From Takakia lepidozioides (taxonomy: Eukaryota > Plantae > Bryophyta), in NCBI GenBank assembly GCA_030704615.1, contig CM060733.1, positions 67,766,001 through 67,830,000 on the forward strand: a stretch of DNA of 64,000 nucleotides, read 5' to 3'. Positions 1-13,480 of the stretch are shown piece after piece (positions within the stretch are counted from its first letter, which is position 1; each line of letters begins with the position of its first letter). The translations under genes and the position numbers were made by a program. Under the pieces are notes generated by a model, which worked only from the letters and a program-made list of their open reading frames with translations, was not told the origin of the DNA and did not search any database.

Positions 1-274
1 ATAATAAGTTTGTATGGCCAGGTTGCAGGAATTTTGAAGAGTCTCTGCACCAATGTACTCTACAAGGGCCTCCTTAGTCAAAGTCATCCAACCTTCTCTC
101 TTAGCTTCTGCACAAGAACAAAGATTACAGAGCTGAGCAGATGACAAGAGAGGATGCTGGATGTTTCTGGGAGGACACTATGAATGGGAGGATGTTTTTG
201 GGAGCACTTATGAATGGGAGGACGCTTTGAATTGCTGAAGCAACGGACACAACAACGACACAACTCCGAGATAT

Positions 275-720
275 TTACATGCGCCTCATGGCCCGGCGAA
301 CCAAGCCCATGTCGTGCTCCTTGATGTCCAACATATACGCCTTAACCCGGATATGCCAGTCAGCATCATTTTTTGCAGCTTGCTGATGACTTCAGTCCAG
401 GCATACCATCTGTGGTTTCCATTGAAGACGTAAGAATTTCCCTTTCAGCCAGTGCCAGTCTGGGTTGATCTCCAGCTCCCGTTCAAATTCAGCGTTGGTG
501 ACCTTCCAATGCAAGTCCCAGTTTGCTATATCTGTATCCGTCACATCCTGGTCCTCCCCCTTGTCGTTCACAGCCGCTAGGAGGAATCCTGCCAGAGACT
601 CATTATAGCCATCCACCTCGAAGTATCCCTTGAGAAGATTGATGCCATTTTTATCTGGCTGCCTTACTGCAGGCAACGGCTTCATGCGACAAAGAGGAAC
701 ATAGGGGAGGAGGCTTGCAA
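275..720 (-). pseudogene. ParB-like N-terminal fragment of the transposon-borne ParB-MTase gene (copy 1)
   Basis: VPLCRMKPLPAVR..GINLLKGYFEVDGYNESLA, then after a frameshift FNGNHRWYAWTEVI..DMGLVRRAMRRM. Colinear with 27100-27530 (IPLCRMQPLPAVR..YDGNHRWYAWMEV..DLGLIRRAMNRM). Cut at about 720 by LINE sequence. Confidence 0.8.
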
Positions 721-3700
721 ACATCAAGTGTCGGATTGCTACTGCACCCACACACAGACGGGCTGGCTCTCTTACGATGCGACAGGGCCTTTGTGTTGGA
801 AATGGCCTCTGGTGTGCCACGAAGAGGAAAAATCGAGAAGGCGGTTGACCTCCCTGCCTCACCAGATCATCCGTCGCTCTACATGTCAAGCGAAGCTCTG
901 CTTGGTACAACCAGCTATAAGCTAACCATGCATACCATTATGGAAACGTACTACCACAATGATGAATACGAAATCATGTATGTCTACAAAGCGGGCCTAG
1001 ACACAACATTCTGCTTCATCTATGTGGCTGCAGAAGACACAAGGCAACGGATGCTGGTGCAGGGAGTGCGAGTGAACCACATGTTGATCAAGCCCGCGGT
1101 TCGCACAAGAAGGACCAGTATGACGGGACAAGCTGCGTCACCACAAGAGATTGTAGCAGACAGGGACGCCCTCACGTTAGTGATCAAGACCCTCAACCCA
1201 CTCCACTCACAGACTGCAACGGAGGTGGCAATTCGAGACATCATGGGCAAAGACAACCTGGAGCACATTCATTTTGGCAAGTTAGCCAGAACCCAGAAAG
1301 TCAAGCACACAGGTCTCGCTCTAATCACCTGCAAGAACCCAAGTGTGTACACTCAGTGGTGTAATTGGCCCCATATACTCGTCATTGACATATGTCACAT
1401 TCGAACCACACTCGAACAGTCTGAACGGGGCCACACCCCCCGCAGCCGGCATTCTGGAGAGGCTGCGGGTAGCCAATATCAATCAGGCTTTAGCAGACAC
1501 TGTGCAGTCCCTCAACATCAAGACAGGCACCAGTTCCAAGCTGCAATGATGTCCGAAATCGACCAAAAGCTGGCCGCCCAAAAACCTTGGAGCTATGGAG
1601 TCTAGGGTTGCGCTCACCCTGGCCACACAACAGGACACGCACCACACTTACTTGATCTCGCTCCAGGACTCTATCGCCAAGAACTTGGGGGCCAACTTGG
1701 CAAGTTTCTACGAGCATGCAAGCAAGATTCTGGAGACGCTGCCCCCACCCCCAGGGCTAGTGAATTCACCTGTTGGACAGAGCGCCATCACCACCACAGC
1801 AGAGCCACCACCCGGAAAATACAAGCTGCCAACACTGATCGAACTGCCCATCACTACTCCTCCCTCCCGTCTCGACTTCACCAGTACAGCGAAGGCCAAG
1901 GCACCAGACGGCGCTCTTCCAGCACCGGCACAATCTCCACTTACTGCCAACGCACAAGCATCAGGCCTCTCTCCCATGAATCCTAACCTGCATAATGCGT
2001 AAGCTCAGAGGTAGGCAACACAACACTGTCACATTCCGAAGGCTATGCCATATCACACCATACTGTGCAGCCCTCTATTTTGTCTTCTTACTCACCTCTC
2101 TCACAGTTGACCACAACGTTTATGTACTCCAGGCTACTACTATGCAATATGAAAGTTCTACCTTCAGGACACCGAAATCTTATATGCATCTTGAACTTCT
2201 CCACACTTCACAGTACTCTCAGCAATCTCCTCATACCAAGCTCCAACAGCACCCCCCTGTACTCTACGCACACTGTTATGCCTGCGCTCCCAGCATATGG
2301 CCTACCACACACCATTCACGTACATCAACGTGCAGATACAAGTCCCCCTCCTCCGCACAACACGCCCCGTCGCTGCAGCACCCAATCCATATTCGCCACA
2401 TGTCACAAAGTAAAAAACGCCACATGTCTCTCTCAAAACAACTTCCTCCCAGTAACAAAAGCCGCAACCGCGATCTCATCCATCCAACGCCATTGTCATC
2501 CAAACTTCATCCAGACATTAGTCATCCGCGAAACTCAACTCTATATCCTACATCCCATTCTGCAACTTTCATCCACATCCCCCCCCTAAAATCCGTATCA
2601 ATTCCAACCCAAATCTACACTACGAATCTACCCTCGTATTATCACGACAGTATACCCGGCCTATGGGATCGTGCACACATTCCTCAATATGTCACATGCA
2701 GAAATAAAACCACTCGGAAACCAAACTCTCCCCCGCGTGTACACCCAGCCAGCATCAGTCACGAGATTCACATGCAAATACGCCCCAAGCCCTTTAGGCC
2801 ACGATCCCGCATTCATACCTTAACCCCATATACCAACCACTTCATCCAAGTAGTAATACCTCCATTCATAACCATGCCCACTCTCACCCACCCACGTATA
2901 AAGCCCAAAAAATTTCCTCTCCCTGGCACGCCCACTACCTACAACAACCTATACCGATGAGAATTTACAATAATCATAGCACAATCAAACCCCTCACACA
3001 CACCCTTGCAACCAGCTCCACCTATGCATGGCACACTACCACCAATATCACCCCCCCCCCATATCCCCACACAAAAGTTTCCTCTTTCACACCCCCATCC
3101 CTCGACCCTCAAGACCCACCTCATAACCCACTGTCCACATGGCAGATATCACCAGAAACCTCTAGCATCTAAACACTCCTTCCACCACCCCCCGTCCCAC
3201 CTTAAAACCTATAAAACTATCAGTGAAAAGCTTCTTCTCCTACGTTGTGGTGACATCCACCCAAACCCCGGCCTTGTTACCATCACCAACATTATAAACC
3301 ACCTCCCCAGGGACCACCAAGAAAGATATGAACTATATTTACAACATAACACGGTCTCACTTGTACCGGCATACCAACGCCTAATGACTACTTCTCCCCT
3401 TGTCTTCCCAACCATCCCAACAATAACCACAAACCCACTCATCCAATCGCCACTTTCGGGCTCCCAGCCTGTCAAAACCTATCCCTAATCACTACCCTCC
3501 AAACTTCATGCATCATGTCCACCAAATGCACTCCGCAACCTTTACCAACAGTTGACATCTAATGAAACATCTGTCGTCCACACAAACACCTCATCTTCTC
3601 ACTAATTGTCAACATCTCTCCAATCCCTTCTATATGCAATGACTACTTTGAAAGCGAGCCAGACACAGTCAACAACTACATAATTTACCCCCGCTACCCC

Positions 3701-5570
3701 ACAAATACTTAGCACCCCCACACAAACTGCATAACCTCCACGAATCTCTTAACCTGCTACAAGCCAAGCCCGGTGTAGTACACAGGCTACTGGGTGAGCA
3801 TTTGGCACATCCAACTGCAGTCACACAAGAGCTAAATACCATTTCCAACCAATTTCCATTCCTTTTCAAGAACATTCTCAAGGCAACCCTACAAGCCAAG
3901 GCAGACTTCCCAGGATATCAACCCCCATCCATGCCAGTGTCACCCACCTCACCTAGCACAAATGGCCCCATCAGATTACCACCCCCTAGATCCTCTAACC
4001 TCTCATACCCCCCCTCCTCACAGAATGCACACTCACTCCACATAATAACTTGGAATGTAGGATCACTGGCCACCAGCATTCAGAGCTTAATTCACCTCAC
4101 AGACTCTACACCCCCACATATCCTCCTCCTACAAGAAACCAAACTCAACACACACAACCCCAACAGCTCTTATATTAACAAACTCCTCCCAGCCTATTAT
4201 ATGCAATATGGCAACTCGTTCATAGCTGCCCAATGCCTTACCCGGCGCTCCGAGCCATACCAACCCACCTGGGGCGGGGTGGCTCTTGGCATCCTCCGCA
4301 CCCATCACTCCCCTAGTACCACGGTCAAAATACCTATCGATCGCACCTCCAAATCATCCAACTACACCTCCCCACACTCCCCTCTATTACCCTCATACAC
4401 TTATACATGCCATCACACACAGATGACCTCCCTCTTATTCCGGATATCTTACTCACTATATCCAAAACACTCAACCAACCCTCAAACCCACTCCCAACAC
4501 TATATCCTTGCCGGTGACTTTAACAGAGACAGTGCCCTACTGGGCCACACATATAATGGTATACATAAATCTCCATCTGCAACAGATCGCGAATGGGCAA
4601 AATTTACTCAAGCACACCAACTCCGTTATATACCTGCCAATCACCACTACTCTAGACAAGGTGGACTCAACTACTCCTCCTTAAGCCTTCTCGACGGCTT
4701 TTATCTAAAAACACAAAGTGTGATCCCAACATACCTTAACAGTCATGTACATATTAACAGTCTATGCAACTCAGATCACTACCCTGTCTCTGTAACAATA
4801 CCACCCTCCCTCATCCCCTTCAGACTTATACCGCCTATGCATGTCCCAACACCTCAATCCAGACTCCTATCTCCACTCCCCCAAAGAAACATAACCGCTT
4901 TTCTAAAAAACTTTCAACCAACATCCTCACACCTTATGCTAAAACTATCAGACATACTCGCAGATACAAACCTTACACAATTCCCTGATCAAACCTGGAC
5001 CGACTCCGAGATCATAATCACAACCTTAATGCAAGAAATGACCAAACACGTACTGCCACTTGCTCTGCCTCCCCAGAGATTCCACAAACCGTATGTTCCA
5101 AACAAAATGGGGGTACTTGAACCACACAAAGAAAAACTCATGGACTTCACACCTTAACACATACCACACGATCAGACGCGCCCTCACTGTTATTCCTACC
5201 ACCACCGAGCTGTACACTCAGGGAATAATTGGACAACGGACCCCCGTATCACCTGTTTAAACACCCTCACAATATGCCAAGCACTTATGCCCCCACCTGA
5301 CAACCCCTACAACATCCCTAATTGGATAGTCGTTCTCTCTAAAATTGGAAGAGACGCTAAGAAAGCCACTTACAATATCACCAAACAGAAACTACCGCCA
5401 ATCACAAAAAAATTGTTGCCTCTTTCAACCAATTGTTGCATGACCATCCTAAAAAAGCTCACAAAACCAACTTCAACCTGGCCCTCAACCCACCCATCAA
5501 TTGTCTCAAACACCGGATGGGTCACCTGCTCACCAACCCGCTGGACATCAACCAAGATCCAGATTCAACC
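720..5570 (+). mobile_element. Degenerate APE-type non-LTR retrotransposon (ORF1-like 715-2002; ORF2 N-terminus and endonuclease; RT missing)
   Basis: APE motifs in ORF 3802-5157. Strongly C/A-rich plus strand, many frameshifts. Boundaries approximate. Confidence 0.75.
3802..5157 (+). pseudogene. LINE ORF2 apurinic-like endonuclease domain
   Basis: IITWNVGSL, ILLLQETK, GGVAL, ILAGDFN, LLDGF and SDHYPV in canonical EEP order. Confidence 0.88.
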
Positions 5571-7249
5571 AATGGCTGGAGCTTAGTCTACACAAATGTG
5601 CCCAAGGTGAAATAAGAAATTAATTTAGTGTCATTTTACAAGCAAATGCGTCCATTGAAAGAAACTCAACAAACCATGCATTATGTGATGCATGTCGAGC
5701 ATACCTTAGTGTAAATGTCCATGGAAGTGCAAAGGAGAATCCAGACATACACTTTAATGAAGCTCTTAAAGAACGTTGTAACAACATAATGCACAACGAA
5801 TCAAAGTTCTAGAGAACTAGACTACAACCTTTTATCTAGACAACCACATATATAAATCTGTAGGGAAAATGCAAGTTTACGCATCCAATTGACATTTGAA
5901 TCAACTCAAGCATGTTTCAATATCTCACGCCGTCACATAGGATTGAAAAGAGAAAGAGGAAAAGACTGATGCAGACCTCATTGCGACCCCATGTGAAGCA
6001 TCACCCATCCACATCCAACGCAACACAATGGCATGAGGCTGCATATGCATGAAGCTATCATCAGCCCCATTATGTTCGTGATGACACTTGCTTCCAAACA
6101 CATGAACTACAGAAATATCACAGGCCTAGTAGAGTTCTTGGGTGCACCATGTCCTTGTCGTAACTTCTACCAGTTGTGGCAAAACTTGAATATGTCATGA
6201 ACTGTCTTTCACAAATGTGATTAACATACCAAGAGGCCAAAAGTGTTGGCCCTTCTACGGTGGTTACAGTAGAGTGCGACCCATTGGCTTGAGGCAAAAC
6301 AAATCAAGTTCCAGACCTATGAATCTACGTCATAAAAAAGGTTGTAGTTCAATGTGGTCATGAATGCTATTCCACTGCTTCTTCAAGTGCATAGCAGAAG
6401 CACGAGCAGAGACCCGATTCAATTATTCTACTTAGACATTTGTGAAGCTTAGACAAAGAACATGGGATCCTCTGAGCTAGACCAAACCAAATATATATAT
6501 ATATATATATATTGACAGAATTGACGTGCATGAAATTCAATATGTAGTTTGCTGACTAAGTCATAGGAACGCAATCATTAGGAAATTCACTCATCCTGAA
6601 ACAGTGTTGAAAACCTTTCTTCTTTCTTTTAGACCACAGATATCTCCAGGGGTTGTCCGCATGCAGAGAATTAAGATCAAAATAAAGTGGAGAAACGTGA
6701 CAATGTACCAAAAATCTCAAGCCAGTCAAACAGAAGCAGGACCCAGACACAAATCTACAAAGTCAGGGTATCATTCCCGGAAGTGGCAAGTGATACTAAG
6801 GCCGTCTAGACGTACTCATTCAACTCTTTCATTACATGTCTTGTAATATTTGCGCTTTGTATGCAAACATCCTACTGTACTTCTTGAATGAGAAGAGCAC
6901 TACATCCTCCCCGGCCAATTCCAACTTGACCAGTATAGCAGTGCGAGAAAAGATTTGTCGACGACAAGTGCTGCTGAATTTTTCCAAACGGAGGCAGAAA
7001 ATGCTCGCAATGCCACAACATCCAAAAGAAAAATCTATGTCCTAGTTCCATTATCTCGCCTCGGTCTCCAAGCCTCACTATGGCTTCACACACAAACACA
7101 GGCACAGAGAGAAAGGATAGATAGAAGAAACAATCAGAATAAAGAGACGCACCAGAGCCAGCAGCGACAAGGCAAATATTGACGCCACGTAGCCTGGTAG
7201 GAGACGGGAGGGAACCGGATACTCCATCGACGATCCACCCTCGACCTTG

Positions 7250-7662
7250 TGTCCTGACCCATGGAGGATTTGACTGACCATGAACCCAAGAGGACCTCTT
7301 GTGTGTGTTGCTTGTGTCTGTAGTAAGGTAATGTTGGATTGGTCTGTGAGAACCACCACGGTGCAGCTGAGCGGGCAGAGATTGAAACACGGCCTGCTAA
7401 GACCAAGCTGACTCTCCCAAGAACCTTGTAAACATCGGGAAGAATACCAAATCATGGTACTAACAGGAGCCAAGAGCCCACATTTGCTGCATAGACAAAC
7501 TTCTTCACATCGTACATTAAGAAAAACCCACACCTTGCGATTGTAGTTGTCCCACCATCGTGAAGGATCTTTGCGAAACTCATGCCAGCTCTGCTCCGTG
7601 CTCCAAGGTAGAGGTTTGTGCTCAAAAATCCGACAGCATCAACATTTTGACAAGGTCCTTTC
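7250..7662 (-). pseudogene. OSB-like (organellar ssDNA-binding) PDF-motif gene fragment, two exons
   Basis: EQSWHEFRKDPSRWWDNYNRK, GT..AG intron, then TNPTLPYYRHK..QEVL/WVHGQSNPPWV. Resembles the W..NP..WWDNR..K.NP..PDFKHK....LW PDF motif. One frameshift. Confidence 0.6.
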
Positions 7663-7749
7663 CTGAGGGGTGCTAGTGAGCTTCAGTAAGCAGCATGTCA
7701 TCATAGGATCCATTAGCCTGCCTGCTATGACAATTTGCAGCGAGGGAAG

Positions 7750-9070
7750 CTAGCGCGTGAGTGCGCTCACGCTTAGCACACTAAGCATGAGCAAATTTCG
7801 TTAAGCGTGAGCACATAAGGGAAGCGGAGCCTATAACTGTGGAAAAACCAAGGTCTATTATCGTGGAAGCAATGTTGAGTGGAATGGAGGGTAACATACC
7901 ATGCCTGGGACCTAAGACGGCGAGTTCCATGCATGAAAATTTGAGAGGAATGTGAGCGACGAAAATCTTATGGATGAATGACAAATTGGATTGGATGAAT
8001 GTAGGATGAATATAGGATGAACGCTAGATGAAAAATGAGGGATGAATGAACCATGGATGACTGTAATAAGATTGATTGTGAAACAACATGAACGATGTTG
8101 AATGAAGTGTGGTCATCCACCAGTTCAAAGTTATACAGATTTTGCCTCACGTATTTTGAGTGCGGAGTCCCCATCTTCACTGGCCACACGACTAGAATTT
8201 GAGGTTTGCTTATCACCGACTCACGAACAGTCCACATCACACAACGCTTCATGTCATCAGGACAGAACCAGAACTTGTGAGGCCTGGCTTCTCGCGTACT
8301 ATAATGCTTGAACAATCTTGTGAAAGTCGGGGCAGGAGTCCCGCCAGGGGCTCTAGAACCATAGAGGTGCACTTGACAAACGAGGCTGCCTTGATAGCAG
8401 AACATTTCACTTTTGATCCTTGGGATCCGAGAAGTTGTCCCTATCGTGGAATTGAGCAGGCCATCAACAAAGCAAATGGACTTATGCCGCAAAAATGTTG
8501 TCAGAACGTTCACCAAAAAGCTTCGCATAGCTGATCCTAGTCTCGGTGCATGATTCTTGGACCAGGTGCGGCTCCATTGGAACAAGAGTGGCAAGCCAGA
8601 AATGAAACAGGAGAAGTTGCATATGCTTGCAATGGCCATGGTGGAACAAATGCACAAGGTGCGATGGCTTAAGATCTGGAACTCTGACCCTGTCCTTCGT
8701 CAGGCAAACAACTTTCATTTCGTGGGGCCTTTTAGCGATGTCGACTGGGACAAGTGGCTCCATAAAGCGACATTCTCGTGCCAGGTGCAGAAGTCATCCT
8801 GCCTTTGTCCTCGCAATAACTTGCATCGAAATTACAATTGTTTGTAAACGCATCATAACGCAAGCTTGTTCTTGGCAGTTGGAAGAGAGGGGTTTGGAAA
8901 TTCTCGAGCAAACTCTTCATGACTTCAAAATCGAGGTGGCTGAGCCCGATGAATCTTTCGGCATTTTCATTCGGAGGTGGAAAGAGACTGTTTGGAAGTA
9001 TGCATTCTTTCGTGAATTCGCAGTAGAGGGGGGAACGCGCTCTATTCAATGCGCAGTACAATGGGGGGGG
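7750..9070. mobile_element. Internally deleted copy of the MULE/ParB-MTase element
   Basis: Terminus CTAGCGCGTGAG at 7750 and GGATGAA subterminal repeats at 7970-8060. Minus-strand transposase C-terminal piece (APTFT..FWFCPDDMKRC..VWPV, about 8160-8350, homologous to 59860-60030). Plus-strand ParB-MTase mid piece (KPEMKQEKLH..WLKIWNSDP..WLHKATF; FIRRWKETVWKYAFFREF). Confidence 0.7.
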
Positions 9071-9289
9071 GCTATTCCGTGAGCCCGGAGGCGTGAGCTT
9101 GTGAGCCCGTGAGCCCAGCACAGGCTCACGCCACATCAACATGCATACAGGGCCTATTTCCGCGGGTGTCACCTATTACCGCAGGTTGATCAACCCTTTC
9201 AAGGGAATGCAGACTGGATGTGTTACATCCATTGTATCTATCCATTGCATCCATTTAGACGTTATTAACATACCAAGCCCTTGCATTGG

Positions 9290-9420
9290 AATGTGCATAC
9301 GTTGTGAGCAGGTGCACACTCACATCATCCAAAGCGGATCCCCGCGAAATGTTTTCTTACTCACCACCCTTGCGAACATGTATGGTATGTGCGGGAGCAT
9401 CATGGATGCTCACCAAAAGA
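9290..9420 (+). pseudogene. PLS-class PPR gene fragment
   Basis: EQVHTHIIQSGSPRNVFLLTTLANMYGMCGSIMDAH resembles the PPR L/S junction consensus (VH..I.KSG...DVFV...L..MY.KCGS..DA). Confidence 0.7.
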
Positions 9421-10139
9421 ATGCCTGAACAATCTTTTGATCACGTGGACTTTAACGCGATGGATTTACCAAGCATTCTTCTGGCAGGAATGGCCTGGAG
9501 ACCAACGAGCAAATGATGCGAGAATGCACTGCCCAAACCAAAGACGTTTGTTTGTTTATGCAATGCACACAAGCCTGTGAGCTCGGGAAAACACCAAAGA
9601 GATTGAAGGACCAATCCGGGCACTCCATGCAACCCCCATCTCCAACGATAGTTTGTTCCCAGGAATTTGCATCTCACGCACACATTGCAAACATGAGAAC
9701 AAGGACACACAACCATCCCATTTCAAAATAGGCCCCGAATAAAAGTAAAAGAGAACTTGATATCAAGTGTCACAGTCATCAGAAACAAAATCGACCTCTT
9801 GTGCTATGTCATCCACAAAGATTCCGGCCCCAATACACCACGGCCGTCGATGGTTGGACTGCGAGTGCCATGAACGGACATGCTTGCTGCGAGTGCCTCC
9901 GCATAGACGGGTAGCATGTAAGACTGAGGAGGACTTGAAACAAGTCCAAAAAGGTGTGATAGCCTTGGAGGGTTAGTGGAAGCACACGGACTCCTGCACA
10001 AGTCGACAAAAACCCATTTTGAATACAATGATGCAATGCACAAGTCCAACGAAGAGGTTGTCTCCCATGTGCATTTTGCCTTAAGAACAGTGATTCTGGG
10101 TATTGAAACAAGAATGCAAGCATCTACAGGTTGAACTTA

Positions 10140-13100
10140 CTCACAGGCAAAGTCGGAGTCTAGCTCCTTGTCGGACATCTCCCCTGTATCAATATCACCG
10201 GGAAGGGGCTTCGGAAGGACTTGAGAAGTGTGTCCACCCAAACCTATCAAGAGGTTCTTGTAAATCTCGGCATCCCCTTCAATCCCGAAGAGATGTCGCG
10301 CACTGGCTAGACATTGAAGACTCATTTGGAACAGTGGGAAGTGCTGAAAGTGCAAGCTCAAACAAACCCGATCAAATGTGAATGTTGAAGAGACGAACCT
10401 GTGCCCATTAACAAATCCAGAACTCTGGCGTCAGTGTAGGTGCAGCACTCCACAATCGTTTGAATGAAAGTTGGGCTCCTCTCTTTGGCCCCTCACCAAG
10501 GAACCCCATTCCCCCTTCGCAAGCACGTTGTTGTCCACGTAGTTGTGGTGCATGTCATCCGTGGGAGGATCCGTCCTCTCGTCTATGAACTTGCCTCCTT
10601 GAGTGATGGCGAACTCCCTAATGACGGCTGGAGTCGTAGGTGGATGCACCCGGACGAGACAAACAGCTTCAAACAGACGAGTCTGCGACCATGACATCCA
10701 CAAGGAACTAAGAAGCTTGAAAACCAGGCCCCTACATATTCATTTGAGCGACTTATGCAACACCATCCGAGAACCACCAAGAAAAGGAATAAGAAGGCAG
10801 ATTTACCATCTCTCCCGGACGATCCCCCTTCGTCAGGTACATGCTGTTCACACAATTCCATGTTTTTGCGACCCTCATACCGGAGGCTTTCAAATAGCTG
10901 GCAAGTGCACGGTGACAGCGAAGGTCGATGGACTGGATGAGCACCAAAACACCTGCATCGGAAAGAAAGAAATTGCAAAAGGAGAAAACCCACCGCCAGT
11001 AGCGCTAATCAAAAGCATTCCAACTTGGACAAGCACCTGCTGGAGTGACATCCGGGACTGGCGACTCATCAGGGATGTCCAAGATGATGAGTTCGGCTGC
11101 ATATGGCTTCTTCTTCCCGTTCACCCAGGATCTAGTCATTTTAGCCTGCAAACAAGCATGCAATGAAATGCTCAAGTGGATTGAAACGAACCATGCCCAC
11201 AACACACAAGAAACAAAAGACAACACGCACCGTGTTGAGGAACTCCACAATCCTCTCCCACACTGGTGATGGATCGCCCTTGTAATCAGATTTCCTGGAC
11301 TCCATAATGGCAAGGAACCCGACGTTGGCCATCTCCAACCTGGTAGGGCGAATGACCCTCGTGGGATGCTCCACTGCGTGGTACGGGTCCTTAGGATCAA
11401 CCACCCCGTTGTTCTTTCTCCCGGATCCCCTACCATGCGGTGGAGTCTCTTTGGTCTGCTGGACATTCGCCGCAGGGCCAGTTTTTGCAACACTTCCCTG
11501 CCCAACAACCTGCCCTTGCGCTCCCTTCCCCCTACCCCTTCCTTTCCCCACACCAACAACAACATCATTTCCCTTTGCCTTTCTACCTTTACCCGGGGTA
11601 TCCTAAGCGGGAGGCTCCTTTTCTGCAAGTGTCCTCAGATTTCTATCATGAATCTCGAGGTCGGCAGCGGCGGCGGCGGCTGCTACACGCTCATTTTCTC
11701 TCCTCAAAGACACCTCCTGCGCCGGGGTCTCAGAAACAGGGCAATCCAAATACCAACCACAGGCAGAAAGATGGTCTGGGCCCCAGTCTTGCAAGATCCC
11801 CGCAATAAACATGGTCTGGTTGCCAGCAGGAACTAGCCACAGGTCCACGAAATCAGGATGTTTGTCCAAGCAGTTCTTTGCCATGAGAACATACTTTATG
11901 TACCTGCAGGCACAGAGATAGCCTCATTATGCAATGCAACTATTGTCTCCCAGCTTTTCTACCACATCACGAAGACCCCCTAAAAGAGTATGCGGCACCG
12001 CACACTGCAACCACCGCACACAAAATAGCCTGAAGGGCCCAGGGTGTGCACGTTGATGTTACTACACACGGATAGAGCAAATGAGTGTGCGACACCACAC
12101 ACTCATATAAGCCAGCACAAAACAGGTTGGATGGAAGAGAGTGTGTCTTTGCAAATCAAAGAAGCATAGTCTATTTCGCACATGTAAAGGCATCGTTTCT
12201 AGGCTTCCTCTCCTTTCTCTTGCTGGTCAAGCTCATTTGTTTGACTGATGCCACCCTCCTTGTTGAACTCCCTGAAGAAACAAGATTGCCACACTGTGGC
12301 TCTCCATTTCCGCATGTATGCTTGGAAGGAGACCTTCGGTGCTGTCATGGTGATGCCATAGTCAGCCAGCTGCGTATGTAGAACAGACTGGGCCCTCTCC
12401 TCCAACTGCAAAACAATTCGAATGCAAGAATGAACCAGAAATCAATCACAGTCATTGTAACATGGAATGAGAACGACAGAAAAGCGAAATGAAAGTAACA
12501 CAATAAATGACATCATACCTGGCTCCAGTAAGTGGCCTTGTGAAGCCATGTGTCCATCATATTGTCACTGATAGGAATGACACGTTGGGTCTTCTTCTCT
12601 TTCTCCGGCCTGGGGAACATGTGGGTATCCCTAACAGTGGGATCGGAGTTCCATATCTGTAGCCACTTCACCTTCTGTTCTGAAGACACAACGGCGGTAG
12701 ACAACCTGTGCAACTTCTCCTGGGCCATCTCCGGCTTGCCGGGCTTGTTGAAATGGTTTTTCACTTCTTGAAGAAACTGTGGTCCGAAGGATGGGTCGGC
12801 AATTCTCAACTGCTTCACAAAAGCACTCATAATATTCTTTCTTGTGGCGGTCATCTCTTGCTTGTTGTGACTCTCAACCCTCTTTGCTGTCCTTCTCTCT
12901 TCAGGGGTAGAGTTGTAGTATTCCAGTTTGCCACGTTGTCTTGCATCTGCAATGTCTTGTTGCAAGAGAATGCACGACAATTGCATCAACACAAGGGCAA
13001 TGGAAACAAACAGAAACAAAGATCTCGAAGCAGGAATATCGAAAGGAAGGAGGATGAAAGATGTATCTCACCGCGTACATATACTCCATGAAAGCCTCAT

Positions 13101-13200
13101 GGGTCAACGAGTACCATGTTTCTGATGTCTTGGAGTTTTCGCACTTCTTGTAAGTCTCTGCTGAAAGGATGGTCTTGAAGTTGGTCAAGGGCATCTGGCC
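10140..13200 (-). pseudogene. ParB-MTase gene copy retaining the complete C-terminal beta-class DNA methyltransferase-like domain
   Basis: Spliced reading: KPEMAQEKLH..WLQIWNSDP; AELIILDIPD (motif IV-like, DIPD at 11068-11079)..WNAFD*RYWRWVFSFCNFFLSDAGVLVLI..GMRVAKTW; W*GAKERSPTFIQTIVECCTYTDARVLDLLMGTG (motifs X and I); ARHLFGIEGDAEIY (motif II). Contains stops and frameshifts. Confidence 0.75.
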
Positions 13201-13480
13201 GATCCTCTATATCCTATACAGTGTGTGAACCAGACTCATTTTGACATGCGATGTCTCCGGGGGACTTCCCAAGCCAGAAGGTAGATTTTCATTTCGTTGT
13301 TTGCTTTCAACCCTCTAGAAATTTCGCTACGGTTTTGACTCGTCTGTTTTCCGTTTTTTCTTGTCCTTCTCCTATACCATCCTTGCGTTGACGCAAGCAT
13401 GGTGCAAGTGTTCCCGTTAGTCTTTCCCTGGCCCTGGCTTCGGTGCCCACTCCAGTGTCTTTCCTTTTTTAATTGTGTAG

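Noticed and set aside
1995-2960. 321-aa His/Pro/Thr-rich ORF as a host gene
   Set aside because: Explained by the C/A strand skew of the LINE; no domain recognised.
10140-11140. MTase domain as bacterial contamination
   Set aside because: It is interrupted by GT-AG introns at shared positions in two copies and embedded among plant TEs.
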